Shown here one piece after another: positions 28,241 through 37,357 of a DNA stretch of 64,000 bases. The position numbers were made by a program, and so were the translations under genes. The stretch comes from Candidatus Omnitrophota bacterium (GTDB lineage Bacteria; Omnitrophota; Gorgyraeia; 2-01-FULL-45-10), in assembly GCA_903843285.1 (NCBI GenBank), contig CAIMPC010000007.1, forward strand, positions 92,730 through 156,729. The letters are read 5' to 3'. The notes beneath the pieces were generated by a model. It worked only from the letters and a program-made list of their open reading frames with translations. It had not been told where the DNA came from and did not search any database. Each line of letters begins with the position of its first letter. Position 1 is the first letter of the stretch.

Positions 28241-29605
28241 ATGAAGAATATCTTCTCTGCGCCTACAGCAGTAAATCTGGAAATAACCGATGCGTGCAAC
28301 CTGAAGTGCCGCCATTGTTATAACTTCTGGAGGGAGGAAGGAAGCGCAACAGTATCGCTCTCCAGAGACCAGCTCGACGGATTATTGGATATTTTTGTGG
28401 AAGCGAAGGTCTTTCATGTCGTCTTCAGCGGTGGTGAACCGATGACTAGATTCGATATTCTAGAGTATGGGATAAAGAGGGCGTTATCTCTTGGCATGTC
28501 GGTCAGCTGCAATTCTAATCTTCTTCTCGCTACGGATGACAATCTGGCGCGTCTTTCAGACGCGGGCCTTGATCACATCCTGACAAGCCTGAATTCGTAC
28601 GATCGCGAAACTAACGATTATATGGTCAGGCTCGATGGTGCATTTGATAAGATCGTGAGCGGCATTGAAGCGGCCGTGTGTAACAGGATCAGAGTCAGCG
28701 TGAATATGATCGTGGCACAGAAGAATAGAAACCATGTTTATGAGACCGGTAGGCTCTGCCACAGATTGGGATGCCAGAAATTGTTCGGCACACGTACGGT
28801 GCCATCGATCAATCTGGAACATGCCGATGAGACTGAGTTCAGATTGATCAAAGAAGACGCCCGTCACACACTTGATCAGCTCGTCAGGGTAAAGAAGGAT
28901 ACTGGGATCATGATCGGTACGCTTGTCAGTTATCCGCTATGTCTGCTCGGCGATCTGGAAAAATACGCTGATTTTGTCGGGCGGGGTTGCCCGGCTCAGT
29001 CAGGGCATGTGATCAGTATCAATGCTAACGGAGAGACGCATGCATGCGTACATGAAGCTCAGGGGTACGGAAATGTCTTTGAGATAGGCATAAAACAGGC
29101 ATATCAGAACATGATCAAGTGGCATGATAAAAGTTACTATTACAAAGAGTGCGCAGGATGTGAATACATCCAAATATGTGAAACAGGATGCAGGTTATCG
29201 GCCCACGCGTATTTCGGGTCACTTGATGGAAAAGATCAACTGATGGAGGGTAAAGACAAGTTCATCGAGCCTTACAAGCTTGTGTACGACCCGTCTTTTT
29301 ATCAGAAAGTTAATCAGGGAGCGGTCTTTACCGTTCCCAGGCGTCTGCGATTCCGGAAAGAAGATGGTTATTATCTTGTCAATATAAGATGGGCCAATAC
29401 GATCACTTGCCCCACTGACGTGGCCGAATTATTGATCAAATATCAAGCATCGGGACTGGGATTCGGTATCGATGATATAGGCGTAAATAATCGTGAGATA
29501 TTGGCCAGATTGTTTTTTAAGGATGCCATAGAATGCAGTGAGCTTAAATATAATGATTTGAGGCACAAGGCCGGATTGAGCGATAGTATTATCGATCGTG
29601 TATGA
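28241..29605 (+). CDS. Radical SAM/SPASM protein (PqqE/MftC-like) with C-terminal PqqD-like extension
   Basis: APTAVNLEITDACNLKCRHCY, SGGEP, SPASM Cys (CPAQ...HAC...CAGCEYIQICETGC), extra ~90-aa tail. Confidence 0.85.
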   Translation: MKNIFSAPTAVNLEITDACNLKCRHCYNFWREEGSATVSLSRDQLDGLLDIFVEAKVFHVVFSGGEPMTRFDILEYGIKRALSLGMSVSCNSNLLLATDDNLARLSDAGLDHILTSLNSYDRETNDYMVRLDGAFDKIVSGIEAAVCNRIRVSVNMIVAQKNRNHVYETGRLCHRLGCQKLFGTRTVPSINLEHADETEFRLIKEDARHTLDQLVRVKKDTGIMIGTLVSYPLCLLGDLEKYADFVGRGCPAQSGHVISINANGETHACVHEAQGYGNVFEIGIKQAYQNMIKWHDKSYYYKECAGCEYIQICETGCRLSAHAYFGSLDGKDQLMEGKDKFIEPYKLVYDPSFYQKVNQGAVFTVPRRLRFRKEDGYYLVNIRWANTITCPTDVAELLIKYQASGLGFGIDDIGVNNREILARLFFKDAIECSELKYNDLRHKAGLSDSIIDRV

Positions 29606-29665
29606 TCACGATCTATGTAATTTGCCTGGCAGGGTAAACCATAATCAAAGGAGCGTGAAATTGTC

Positions 29666-30322
29666 ATGCAGATAGATATTTCAAAAGCGTTTGACTATGA
29701 AAATGGTTTTTATCTGGCCTCCCAGCAGCAACGGATAGGTAAGTTTGCCGCCCATCTGGAGCTTTTCAGGAAAGTATCCGATGTAGCGGGTGAAATAGTT
29801 GAATGCGGCGTATATAAGGGCGCGTCGTTATCCAGGTTCATAAAGTTTAGAGCCGTATTTGAAAATCCTTTTAGCAAGAAGATAATCGCCTTTGACACGT
29901 TTGGCGCATTTCCAGAGGCGCATTATGAACCTGATAAAGCGAAGAGAGATCAATTCATAGAAGAAGGCGGCCCCAACAGCATATCCAAGGAGGAGCTTGC
30001 CGATATTTTAAAGAAGCTGGATCTTTATGAAAACATCGAGCTGATAGAGGGGGATGTGCTCCTGACGATCGATGAATATAAGAAAAAAAATAAGCAGCTC
30101 AAGATATCCCTTCTGCATATTGACGTAGATCTTTATGAAGCGACGAAGGCCTGCCTTGAAGGTCTTTATCCGATGATGACAAAAGGCGGTATAGTGATAT
30201 TGGATGATTACAATAAGTTTGCCGGTGCGACCAAGGCAATAGATGAGTATTTCTCAGGCAGGAGCATTCGAATACAGAAACTACCGTATTCGGGCGCGGT
30301 TTCGTTCATAGAGATCCGGTGA
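29666..30322 (+). CDS. TylF/MycF/NovP-family sugar O-methyltransferase
   Basis: GEIVECGVYKG, FDTF, LLHIDVDLYE, ILDDY. Confidence 0.88.
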   Translation: MQIDISKAFDYENGFYLASQQQRIGKFAAHLELFRKVSDVAGEIVECGVYKGASLSRFIKFRAVFENPFSKKIIAFDTFGAFPEAHYEPDKAKRDQFIEEGGPNSISKEELADILKKLDLYENIELIEGDVLLTIDEYKKKNKQLKISLLHIDVDLYEATKACLEGLYPMMTKGGIVILDDYNKFAGATKAIDEYFSGRSIRIQKLPYSGAVSFIEIR

Positions 30323-30325
30323 TTT

Positions 30326-31552
30326 ATGGGATCCAGCCAGACCAGCAACAGATATAGCGTAAAGTGGGGGCTTCCGGAAGAGGTTCAGTTTTGCAAGAAA
30401 TGCGTTATGTCGAATCAGGTGCCCTCAGCTGTCATAGAAACAAGACATAAGAATACGGATAAGAAGCCAACTCTTACTTTTGATGAAGACGGTATCTGCC
30501 ACGCGTGCCGCTGGGCAGAGATGAAAGACTCAATAAACTGGTCTGAACGGGAAAAGGAGTTGCAGGATCTCCTGGATATGCATCGAAGGAACGATGGGCA
30601 TTATGATGTTATTGTGCCATCGAGCGGGGGGAAGGATAGCTCATTTGCTGCGCATATGCTTAAGCATAAGTATGGAATGCATCCGTTGACGGTTACGTGG
30701 GCACCGCATATCTACACTGAGATCGGTTGGCAAAATTTTCAGAACCTTATACATGCCGGATTCGATAATGTTCTTATAACGCCGAACGGAAGAGTTCATC
30801 GCACCCTCACTAAACTGGCCTTTAAGAACCTGGTGCATCCATTTCAGCCGTTTATAATCGGACAGAAAAATGTAGCGCCGAGGCTGTCTATCGAGAAGAG
30901 CGTCAGTCTGATCATATATGGGGAGAATCCCGCCGAGGCAAATTCAACGGTCGGAAATAATTCTTCGCCGATCATGGACCGTGAACACTATGCTATCTCG
31001 CAGGAAGACTTAAAGGATGTGCGCCTGGGGGGTGTCAGCTTACAGGAGCTTGAGTCATATGGCATAAGCAGGGCTGATCTGAATCTATATCTTCCGGTTG
31101 ATATTCAGAGAGTGGTTGAAAACAGGACAGAGGCTCATTATTTGAGCTATTATGTTAAGTGGGATCCGCAGGCAAATTTTTACTATGCCGCGGAGAATGT
31201 GGGGTTTAAAGTGAATCCCGAGCGGACCGAAGGGACGTATTCAAAATATGCGAGCCTGGACGATAAGATAGATGGGTTTCATTACTTCACTACTTATATT
31301 AAATTTGGTCTGGGCCGGGCTTCGTATGATGCGTCTCAGGAGATCCGACGCGGCCATATCACAAGAGAAGAGGGAGTGGCTCTGGTCAAAAAATATGACG
31401 GTGAGTTTCCCAGGAAGTATTTTAAAGATTTTCTGGAATATATGGATATACCAGAGGATGGTTTTTGGAAAATAATAGATGGTGCGCGCTCAGAGCATCT
31501 ATGGCGCAGCATGGATGACGGAACGTGGCAACTTAGACACCAGGTGCAATAA
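30326..31552 (+). CDS. N-acetyl sugar amidotransferase (WbpG/WbuX/PseA family)
   Basis: CKKCVM...GICHAC, SGGKDS PP-loop, KFGLGRA, GHITREEG. Confidence 0.9.
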   Translation: MGSSQTSNRYSVKWGLPEEVQFCKKCVMSNQVPSAVIETRHKNTDKKPTLTFDEDGICHACRWAEMKDSINWSEREKELQDLLDMHRRNDGHYDVIVPSSGGKDSSFAAHMLKHKYGMHPLTVTWAPHIYTEIGWQNFQNLIHAGFDNVLITPNGRVHRTLTKLAFKNLVHPFQPFIIGQKNVAPRLSIEKSVSLIIYGENPAEANSTVGNNSSPIMDREHYAISQEDLKDVRLGGVSLQELESYGISRADLNLYLPVDIQRVVENRTEAHYLSYYVKWDPQANFYYAAENVGFKVNPERTEGTYSKYASLDDKIDGFHYFTTYIKFGLGRASYDASQEIRRGHITREEGVALVKKYDGEFPRKYFKDFLEYMDIPEDGFWKIIDGARSEHLWRSMDDGTWQLRHQVQ

Positions 31553-31574
31553 TACCAAAAAGGCCTTCACGACA

Positions 31575-32279
31575 ATGTATAAAGACAAGAAGATATTGGC
31601 TATAGTTCCGGCTAGAGGAGGATCTAAGGGTCTCCCGGGAAAGAATATAATGGAGATCTTTGGCAAACCCGCTATCGCCTGGACCATAGAGAGCGCGCTT
31701 AAGAGCGCGTTTCTTGATAAGACTATTGTCACTACTGATGATCAAGAAATAGCCGATATAGCGCGTAAATATGGCGCAGTCATACCTTTTATCAGGCCAA
31801 AAGAGCTGGCAGGCGATAAGACTCCTATGATAGATGTTATTCTTCATGCGTTAGATTTCTTTAAAAAATGCGGTGAGGCATATGACATCATGGTCCTGTT
31901 ACAGCCGACATCGCCGCTTCGAAAGGCCGAAGACATAGATGGATCAATAAAAGCCATGTTCGAGAAGGGTGCAGGTTCGGTTATTTCTGTATGCGAAACA
32001 GAACATCCGCCGTATTGGTCCAATACACTCCCTCCCGATGGGTGTATGAAGGACTTTGTCCGAAAAGATATTATGAACAAGAACAGGCAGGAGCTGCCTA
32101 AGTTCTACAGGCTTAACGGAGCTATATATGCCTCCGATGTTGAATATTTATATAAGTTGAACTGTTTTTTTGGAGAGAAAACATTTGCATATGTAATGCC
32201 GTTTGAACGCTCCGTAGACATAGACCACAAGACGGATATGCTGCTATCGGAGATCTTACTGAGGGCGCAAAATGGCTAA
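31575..32279 (+). CDS. neuA: Acylneuraminate cytidylyltransferase (CMP-NulO synthetase 1)
   Basis: PARGGSKGLPGKN, LQPTSPLR, RQELP, NGAIY, SVDID. ATG 31575. Confidence 0.9.
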   Translation: MYKDKKILAIVPARGGSKGLPGKNIMEIFGKPAIAWTIESALKSAFLDKTIVTTDDQEIADIARKYGAVIPFIRPKELAGDKTPMIDVILHALDFFKKCGEAYDIMVLLQPTSPLRKAEDIDGSIKAMFEKGAGSVISVCETEHPPYWSNTLPPDGCMKDFVRKDIMNKNRQELPKFYRLNGAIYASDVEYLYKLNCFFGEKTFAYVMPFERSVDIDHKTDMLLSEILLRAQNG

Positions 32280-33693
32280 AAGGCCACGGGTTCTATTCAT
32301 CATACATGACCTCTATCAGGAAGATAACCATTTCCCATTAGGTCCGGCGTATCTGGCTGCCATAATGAGGCGCAATGGTGTTGATGTCGAGATATATTGC
32401 CAGGATGTATTCCATTACTCAAGCGATGAATTGGCTCGCTACCTGGATAGAAATGAGTTTGACGTGATCGGCGTCGGTTTCTTGGCGGCCAGGTTCGCCG
32501 AGACAATAGACCCGCTTTGTAAAGTGATCAATCATCATAAAAAAGGAGCTTGGCTTGTATTGGGCGGGCCAGGCCCTTCTCCCATACCCGACTATATGCT
32601 TAAGACGACAGGTGCCGATATTGTAGTTATGGGTGAGGCTGAAGACACTATGATGGAGCTGATCAGCGGTAAGATCGCAAATGCCGGCTTATCCGGGATA
32701 AAAGGTATAGCCTACATGGATGGCGTCGAAGCCAGGATAAATGAGAGACGTAACCCCGTAAAAGATCTCGACTTGATACCCTTCCCCGAATGGTCGTTAT
32801 TTCCCATGGAAAAGTATATCAGGTGCCTAAAGCCATTCAGGGCGAATGAGAAGGACGTGGTATTTGGTATGGTTACAAGCCGCGGTTGCGTCAACCGGTG
32901 TAACTTTTGCTATCGTATGGAAGACGGTATTCGCACTCGGAGCGTAAAGAATGTGGTCGAAGAGATAGAGTACCTATACAAGACCTATGCGGTAAATTAT
33001 TTTGTAATGTACGATGAGCTATTCGTTTTTTCCAAGAAAAGAATACGTGATTTCAAGAACGCGCTGACTGAGCGGGGATTGAAGATAAAATTCTCATGTA
33101 ATGCCAGGGTGGATCTTTTTGACGAGGAACTGGCCGGGCTTCTGAAAGATTGCGGATGTCAGTTCCTGAACCTGGGGATGGAGTCTTCGGATCAGACAGT
33201 CCTGGATGCTATGAAGAAGCGGACCACTGTAGAGCAGAACATAAAAGCTGCGGAGATAACCAAGAAGGCCGAGATAGGGCTCGGATTGAATTTTATATGG
33301 GGGAATATAGGCGATACCGAGGAATCTCTTAAAAACAACGTGATGCTAATCAAAAAATATAATACATATGACCAGCTGCGGACGATAAGACCTGTCACGC
33401 CTTATCCTGGATGCGATCTTTATTACGAGGCTATAAAGAGAAATAAGCTCAAAGACGCCGAAGATTTTTTCCGGAAATTCAGCAATTCCGATCTTCTCAC
33501 CGTAAATTTTACGGATATTCCCGATGACATATATTGCTCCGCACTTTTCGAAGCGAACAAGTATCTTATAACCGACCATTATGAAAATACTACAGGAGAT
33601 ATGGCAGCGGCTTCAAAGATGATAAAGGATTTTCAGGACCTCTACCTGGGCAAGAATATAAAATTCAGAGGCGCCCGCCATTACATAAAGTGA
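32272..33693 (+). CDS. Cobalamin-binding radical SAM protein (4 of 8)
   Basis: GGPGPS, GEAE, SRGCVNRCNFC, GMES, TPYPG. Confidence 0.92.
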   Translation: MAKRPRVLFIIHDLYQEDNHFPLGPAYLAAIMRRNGVDVEIYCQDVFHYSSDELARYLDRNEFDVIGVGFLAARFAETIDPLCKVINHHKKGAWLVLGGPGPSPIPDYMLKTTGADIVVMGEAEDTMMELISGKIANAGLSGIKGIAYMDGVEARINERRNPVKDLDLIPFPEWSLFPMEKYIRCLKPFRANEKDVVFGMVTSRGCVNRCNFCYRMEDGIRTRSVKNVVEEIEYLYKTYAVNYFVMYDELFVFSKKRIRDFKNALTERGLKIKFSCNARVDLFDEELAGLLKDCGCQFLNLGMESSDQTVLDAMKKRTTVEQNIKAAEITKKAEIGLGLNFIWGNIGDTEESLKNNVMLIKKYNTYDQLRTIRPVTPYPGCDLYYEAIKRNKLKDAEDFFRKFSNSDLLTVNFTDIPDDIYCSALFEANKYLITDHYENTTGDMAAASKMIKDFQDLYLGKNIKFRGARHYIK

Positions 33694-33703
33694 TCATAAG
33701 TCC

Positions 33704-34618
33704 ATGTGTAAGAATATTCGCATAATACCCAGGCTTGATATAAAAGGGGAAAATCTCGTTAAGGGTATTCATCTGGAAGGGCTGCGCGTCCTTGGCAAGC
33801 CAGAGGACTTTGCTTATGAGTACTGCGCCGGAGGAGCGGATGAATTACTCTACATCGATATCGTGGCAAGCCTTTACGGCAGGAATAATCTTATCGATAT
33901 AGTTCGCCGCACGGCCGCGAATATATTTATCCCACTAACGGTAGGTGGAGGGATAAGATCTGTAGACGATATAAGGATGATGTTGCGCGCCGGCGCGGAT
34001 AAGGTCGCGATAAATACTGCAGTCGTAAAAAGACCGGAGTTTATTAGCGAGGCAGCTAACGCATTCGGTTCCCAGTGTATCGTCCTTTCGATTGAAGCAA
34101 AGCGTACCGGAGACGGAACTTATGAAGCGTATACCGATAACGGCAGAGAGCGAACGGGCCTCGATATCTTTAAATGGGCGCTTAGGGGAGCGGAACTCGG
34201 CGCAGGTGAGATCCTTATCACTTCTATCGATAATGAAGGCACCGGTAAGGGGTTTGATATCGATCTAATAAGAAAGATGTCGGCTATTGTGGATATCCCG
34301 GTGATCTCCTGCGGTGGCGCGGGTAAAATGGGTGATTTTGAAGACGCGGTTGTGAGCGGAAGTGCTGATGCGATATCGGCCGCTTCGGTATTCCATTACC
34401 ATCTAGTCAAGACACAGTCGGTGCCGCAAAAATTTAATTTAAAGAGCAATCTGGATCATCTTGCGAAGAGCCTTTCGAGTGATGGTGCCAGTTTTGGCGC
34501 GATAGAGACATTCAGCGTCAAGGGCCTGAAGTCATATTTGGTCGGGAAAGGGCTGCCGATCCGTCCGGTGATGAGCGCTCATATACTGATAGAGCCTAAT
34601 GCCGAGAATATTTTATGA
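33704..34618 (+). CDS. hisF: HisF-like cyclase subunit (WbuZ/HisF2 type, glycan-associated)
   Basis: IIPRLDIKG, TVGGGIRS, GADKVAINT, GAGEILITSID.EGT. Confidence 0.88.
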   Translation: MCKNIRIIPRLDIKGENLVKGIHLEGLRVLGKPEDFAYEYCAGGADELLYIDIVASLYGRNNLIDIVRRTAANIFIPLTVGGGIRSVDDIRMMLRAGADKVAINTAVVKRPEFISEAANAFGSQCIVLSIEAKRTGDGTYEAYTDNGRERTGLDIFKWALRGAELGAGEILITSIDNEGTGKGFDIDLIRKMSAIVDIPVISCGGAGKMGDFEDAVVSGSADAISAASVFHYHLVKTQSVPQKFNLKSNLDHLAKSLSSDGASFGAIETFSVKGLKSYLVGKGLPIRPVMSAHILIEPNAENIL

Positions 34619-35277
34619 CACATCGCATCGTGATCGTAGATTATGGAGCCGGAAACCTTTATAGCATAGAGCGGGCATTGGATTTCATAGGCGTTCAAGC
34701 CGAAGTGGTAAGCACTCCGGAAAAGATAGCTGGTGCCGAACGCATAATTTTGCCGGGAGTCGGCGCTTTCAAGAACGGTATGCGAGGATTGTCTGAACGT
34801 GGCCTGGTAGGTCCGCTGCAGGAATATGTCAGGTCGGGCCGACCATTGCTCGGCATCTGTCTGGGCATGCAGCTACTGATGAGTGAAAGTGAGGAATTTG
34901 GCAGATACGATGGACTCAACATGGTCAAGGGCAAGGTAGTCCGGTTAGACCCAGCGCTTCCAGGCAAGGAGCGATTCAAGGTTCCGCATGTAGGATGGAG
35001 CAGGGTAATACGGAGGGAAAGCAGTTGTGCGGAGATGCCGGATGGGTGGACGGAGGGCGTTCTTAAGAGCCTCCCCAATGGTTTCTTTGCATATTTTGCC
35101 CACTCATTTGTGGTTGTGCCCGAAGATGGCTCGGCCTGTATAGCTCAGACAAAGTATGGTGGAGCGACATTTTGCTCTTGCCTGCAGCAGAATAATTTAT
35201 ACGGCTGCCAGTTCCATCCGGAGCGTAGCGGCATAGAAGGTTTGGAGATCTATAGGGACTTTGTCCGGAGAAATTAG
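34615..35277 (+). CDS. hisH: HisH-like glutamine amidotransferase (WbuY/HisH2 type)
   Basis: DYGAGNL, LPGVGAF, GICLGMQ, QFHPE. Confidence 0.9.
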   Translation: MTHRIVIVDYGAGNLYSIERALDFIGVQAEVVSTPEKIAGAERIILPGVGAFKNGMRGLSERGLVGPLQEYVRSGRPLLGICLGMQLLMSESEEFGRYDGLNMVKGKVVRLDPALPGKERFKVPHVGWSRVIRRESSCAEMPDGWTEGVLKSLPNGFFAYFAHSFVVVPEDGSACIAQTKYGGATFCSCLQQNNLYGCQFHPERSGIEGLEIYRDFVRRN

Positions 35278-35281
35278 CTTT

Positions 35282-36445
35282 ATGGGAAGAATAAAAAAAA
35301 TTGTGTTTCTCATAGAGTCTTGCTACAACAAACGAGACCACGAGCGTTTCGGTATCGATATACTGATTAGGAACGGCTTCGATGTTGAAGTCTGGGATTT
35401 TACGTCGATCTTAGCTTCATCCAAATTCGGCAAAGTAAGACCTCCAGATCCGATAAAATGGAATAAATGGACTCTCTTCGAAACCAAAAAACAGGCTGTA
35501 GACGCTCTCCTGAGTTTGGACCGGTCGGTATATATTGTTTCGCTGGTCCGTTGTTATAGTAAGACGTTTTATCTGTATAAGGCCATTAAAAATAAAATGA
35601 CGCCTTATTGCGTACTGGGTGACAGTACGCCAAAAAGCTCGAGGCAGGAAGAAGCGGTCGTGAAGCAGATTAAGAACTTCACTTTTAGAAAACTGCTTCG
35701 TAAGATCACTGAGATCAAACCATTGAAATATTATTCGGTAATGGCGCCGGATATTATAATGGCCATGGGAGAGAGATATTTTGCGAATACTTACCCGGTG
35801 AGGAAAGAGACTGAGGTGGTCTGGTCGCATAGTTTCGACTACGATATCTATATGAAGATGAAAGGCTCTGCCGGTATAGCTAACCCTAAAGTTTGGGTTT
35901 TCTTAGACGTCTATTTCCCATTTCATCCGGATTTCATTAATTACGGGCTATCATTGAATGCCGATCCCGATGAATACCATTTGTCGCTTCGCCGATTTTT
36001 TGATCATATTCAGAGCGCATTTGGTGTTAGGAGCATAATTGCAGCGCACCCGCGTTCACATTATGAAAAACACGGTGATTGTTTTGGCGGCCGGGAGATC
36101 GTACGTGGCAGGACAGCGCAGCTGGTGAGGGAAAGCGATCTTGTAATCATGCATAATTCTCTCGCAATTAATTATGCCGTCCTTTTTAAAAAGCCTATCA
36201 TCTTCGTTACTACGAATCAGTATAACGCCAGTCAGGTTTATGAGGAGCCTTCAGTGAAATGGCTTGCCGGCTATTTCGGAAAAAGAGTGCATAATCTCGA
36301 TGACCCTATTAATGTAAAGCTGGAGGAAGAGATGAAAGTTAATGAGCCGGCGTACAGCAAATACAGGAACGATCACATAAAAAAAGAGGGTTCGGCAGAA
36401 TTACCATTCTGGCAGATCCTGGCCGATAGGCTTAAGCTAAAGTAG
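35282..36445 (+). CDS. Hypothetical protein, candidate CMP-ulosonate (sialyl-type) transferase
   Basis: VFLD...HPD, IAAHPRS, SLAINYAVLFKKPI GT-B-like C-terminal half. Context next to neu genes. Confidence 0.55.
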   Translation: MGRIKKIVFLIESCYNKRDHERFGIDILIRNGFDVEVWDFTSILASSKFGKVRPPDPIKWNKWTLFETKKQAVDALLSLDRSVYIVSLVRCYSKTFYLYKAIKNKMTPYCVLGDSTPKSSRQEEAVVKQIKNFTFRKLLRKITEIKPLKYYSVMAPDIIMAMGERYFANTYPVRKETEVVWSHSFDYDIYMKMKGSAGIANPKVWVFLDVYFPFHPDFINYGLSLNADPDEYHLSLRRFFDHIQSAFGVRSIIAAHPRSHYEKHGDCFGGREIVRGRTAQLVRESDLVIMHNSLAINYAVLFKKPIIFVTTNQYNASQVYEEPSVKWLAGYFGKRVHNLDDPINVKLEEEMKVNEPAYSKYRNDHIKKEGSAELPFWQILADRLKLK

Positions 36446-36475
36446 TCCATTTTTAACGTTACGGAATATGTTAAT

Positions 36476-37339
36476 ATGAAAAAATGTTATTTGTGCGGTG
36501 CGAGCAAGATCGACTGTGTGGTCGGAAAAGTTCGGGATTTGCCTGATATACCGATCCTGAGATGTAAGGAGTGTGGCCTGGTATTTCTTGCGAATTTCGA
36601 TCACATAGACGATCGATTTTACGAAGAGTCGATGATGAGGGATAGATCGCCGATCGCTAACTGGAAGCTGTATTTAAAAGACTGTGCCAATGATGATGCG
36701 CGGCGCTCCCGGTGGATAAGGCCGGTGGCTACCAGCAAGTCTCTCCTTGATCTTGGCTGTGGCGCAGGCGGGTTCCTGTCGCGAGCCAAGAGGTTTACAA
36801 AAAAATGCGCGGGAGTCGAAAAAGACGACAGTTTAAGACGAGCGATACAAAGGCACTTTAGTATCAGGACTTACCCCGATATTGCAGAAGTCGATGAAAA
36901 ATTCGATATTATAACTCTGTTCCATGTGCTGGAGCACTTTAAGGATCCTAAGGGTGTCTTGATTGGCCTGGCCAAATTATTAAATAAGAACGGAAAGATC
37001 ATCATAGAAGTGCCGAATTCAAATGATGCGTTATTATCCTTGTATAAGAGCAAGGCTTTCTCAGAATTTACTTTCTGGAAATGCCACCTTTATCTGTTCA
37101 ATGATTCAAACTTACGGAGGCTGCTCCGTAAGGCCGGTTTACATGTAAACTCCATTGTGCAGATCCAAAGATATCCTCTTTCCAATCATCTTTACTGGCT
37201 TTCTAAGGGCAAGCCGGGCGGGCATAAGATATGGAATTTTATGGACGATAAAGAATTGACTCGTAAATATGAATGTCAGTTGGCTAAGATCGATGCTTGT
37301 GACACATTAATGGCAGTGGTGAGTAAATCAAGTAGATGA
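36476..37339 (+). CDS. Class I SAM methyltransferase with N-terminal Cys zinc-ribbon
   Basis: CYLC...CKECGL, LDLGCGAG, FHVLEH, EVPN. Confidence 0.88.
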   Translation: MKKCYLCGASKIDCVVGKVRDLPDIPILRCKECGLVFLANFDHIDDRFYEESMMRDRSPIANWKLYLKDCANDDARRSRWIRPVATSKSLLDLGCGAGGFLSRAKRFTKKCAGVEKDDSLRRAIQRHFSIRTYPDIAEVDEKFDIITLFHVLEHFKDPKGVLIGLAKLLNKNGKIIIEVPNSNDALLSLYKSKAFSEFTFWKCHLYLFNDSNLRRLLRKAGLHVNSIVQIQRYPLSNHLYWLSKGKPGGHKIWNFMDDKELTRKYECQLAKIDACDTLMAVVSKSSR

Positions 37340-37357
37340 AATGAAAGGACAGTAACT

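Noticed and set aside
29606-29665. RiPP precursor peptide or hairpin after the rSAM-RRE gene
   Set aside because: The 60-bp gap has no credible ORF and only a weak GU-rich stem.
33704-35277. hisF/hisH as histidine biosynthesis genes
   Set aside because: No other his genes are present and they accompany a WbuX/PseA-type amidotransferase, the known glycan-modifying context.
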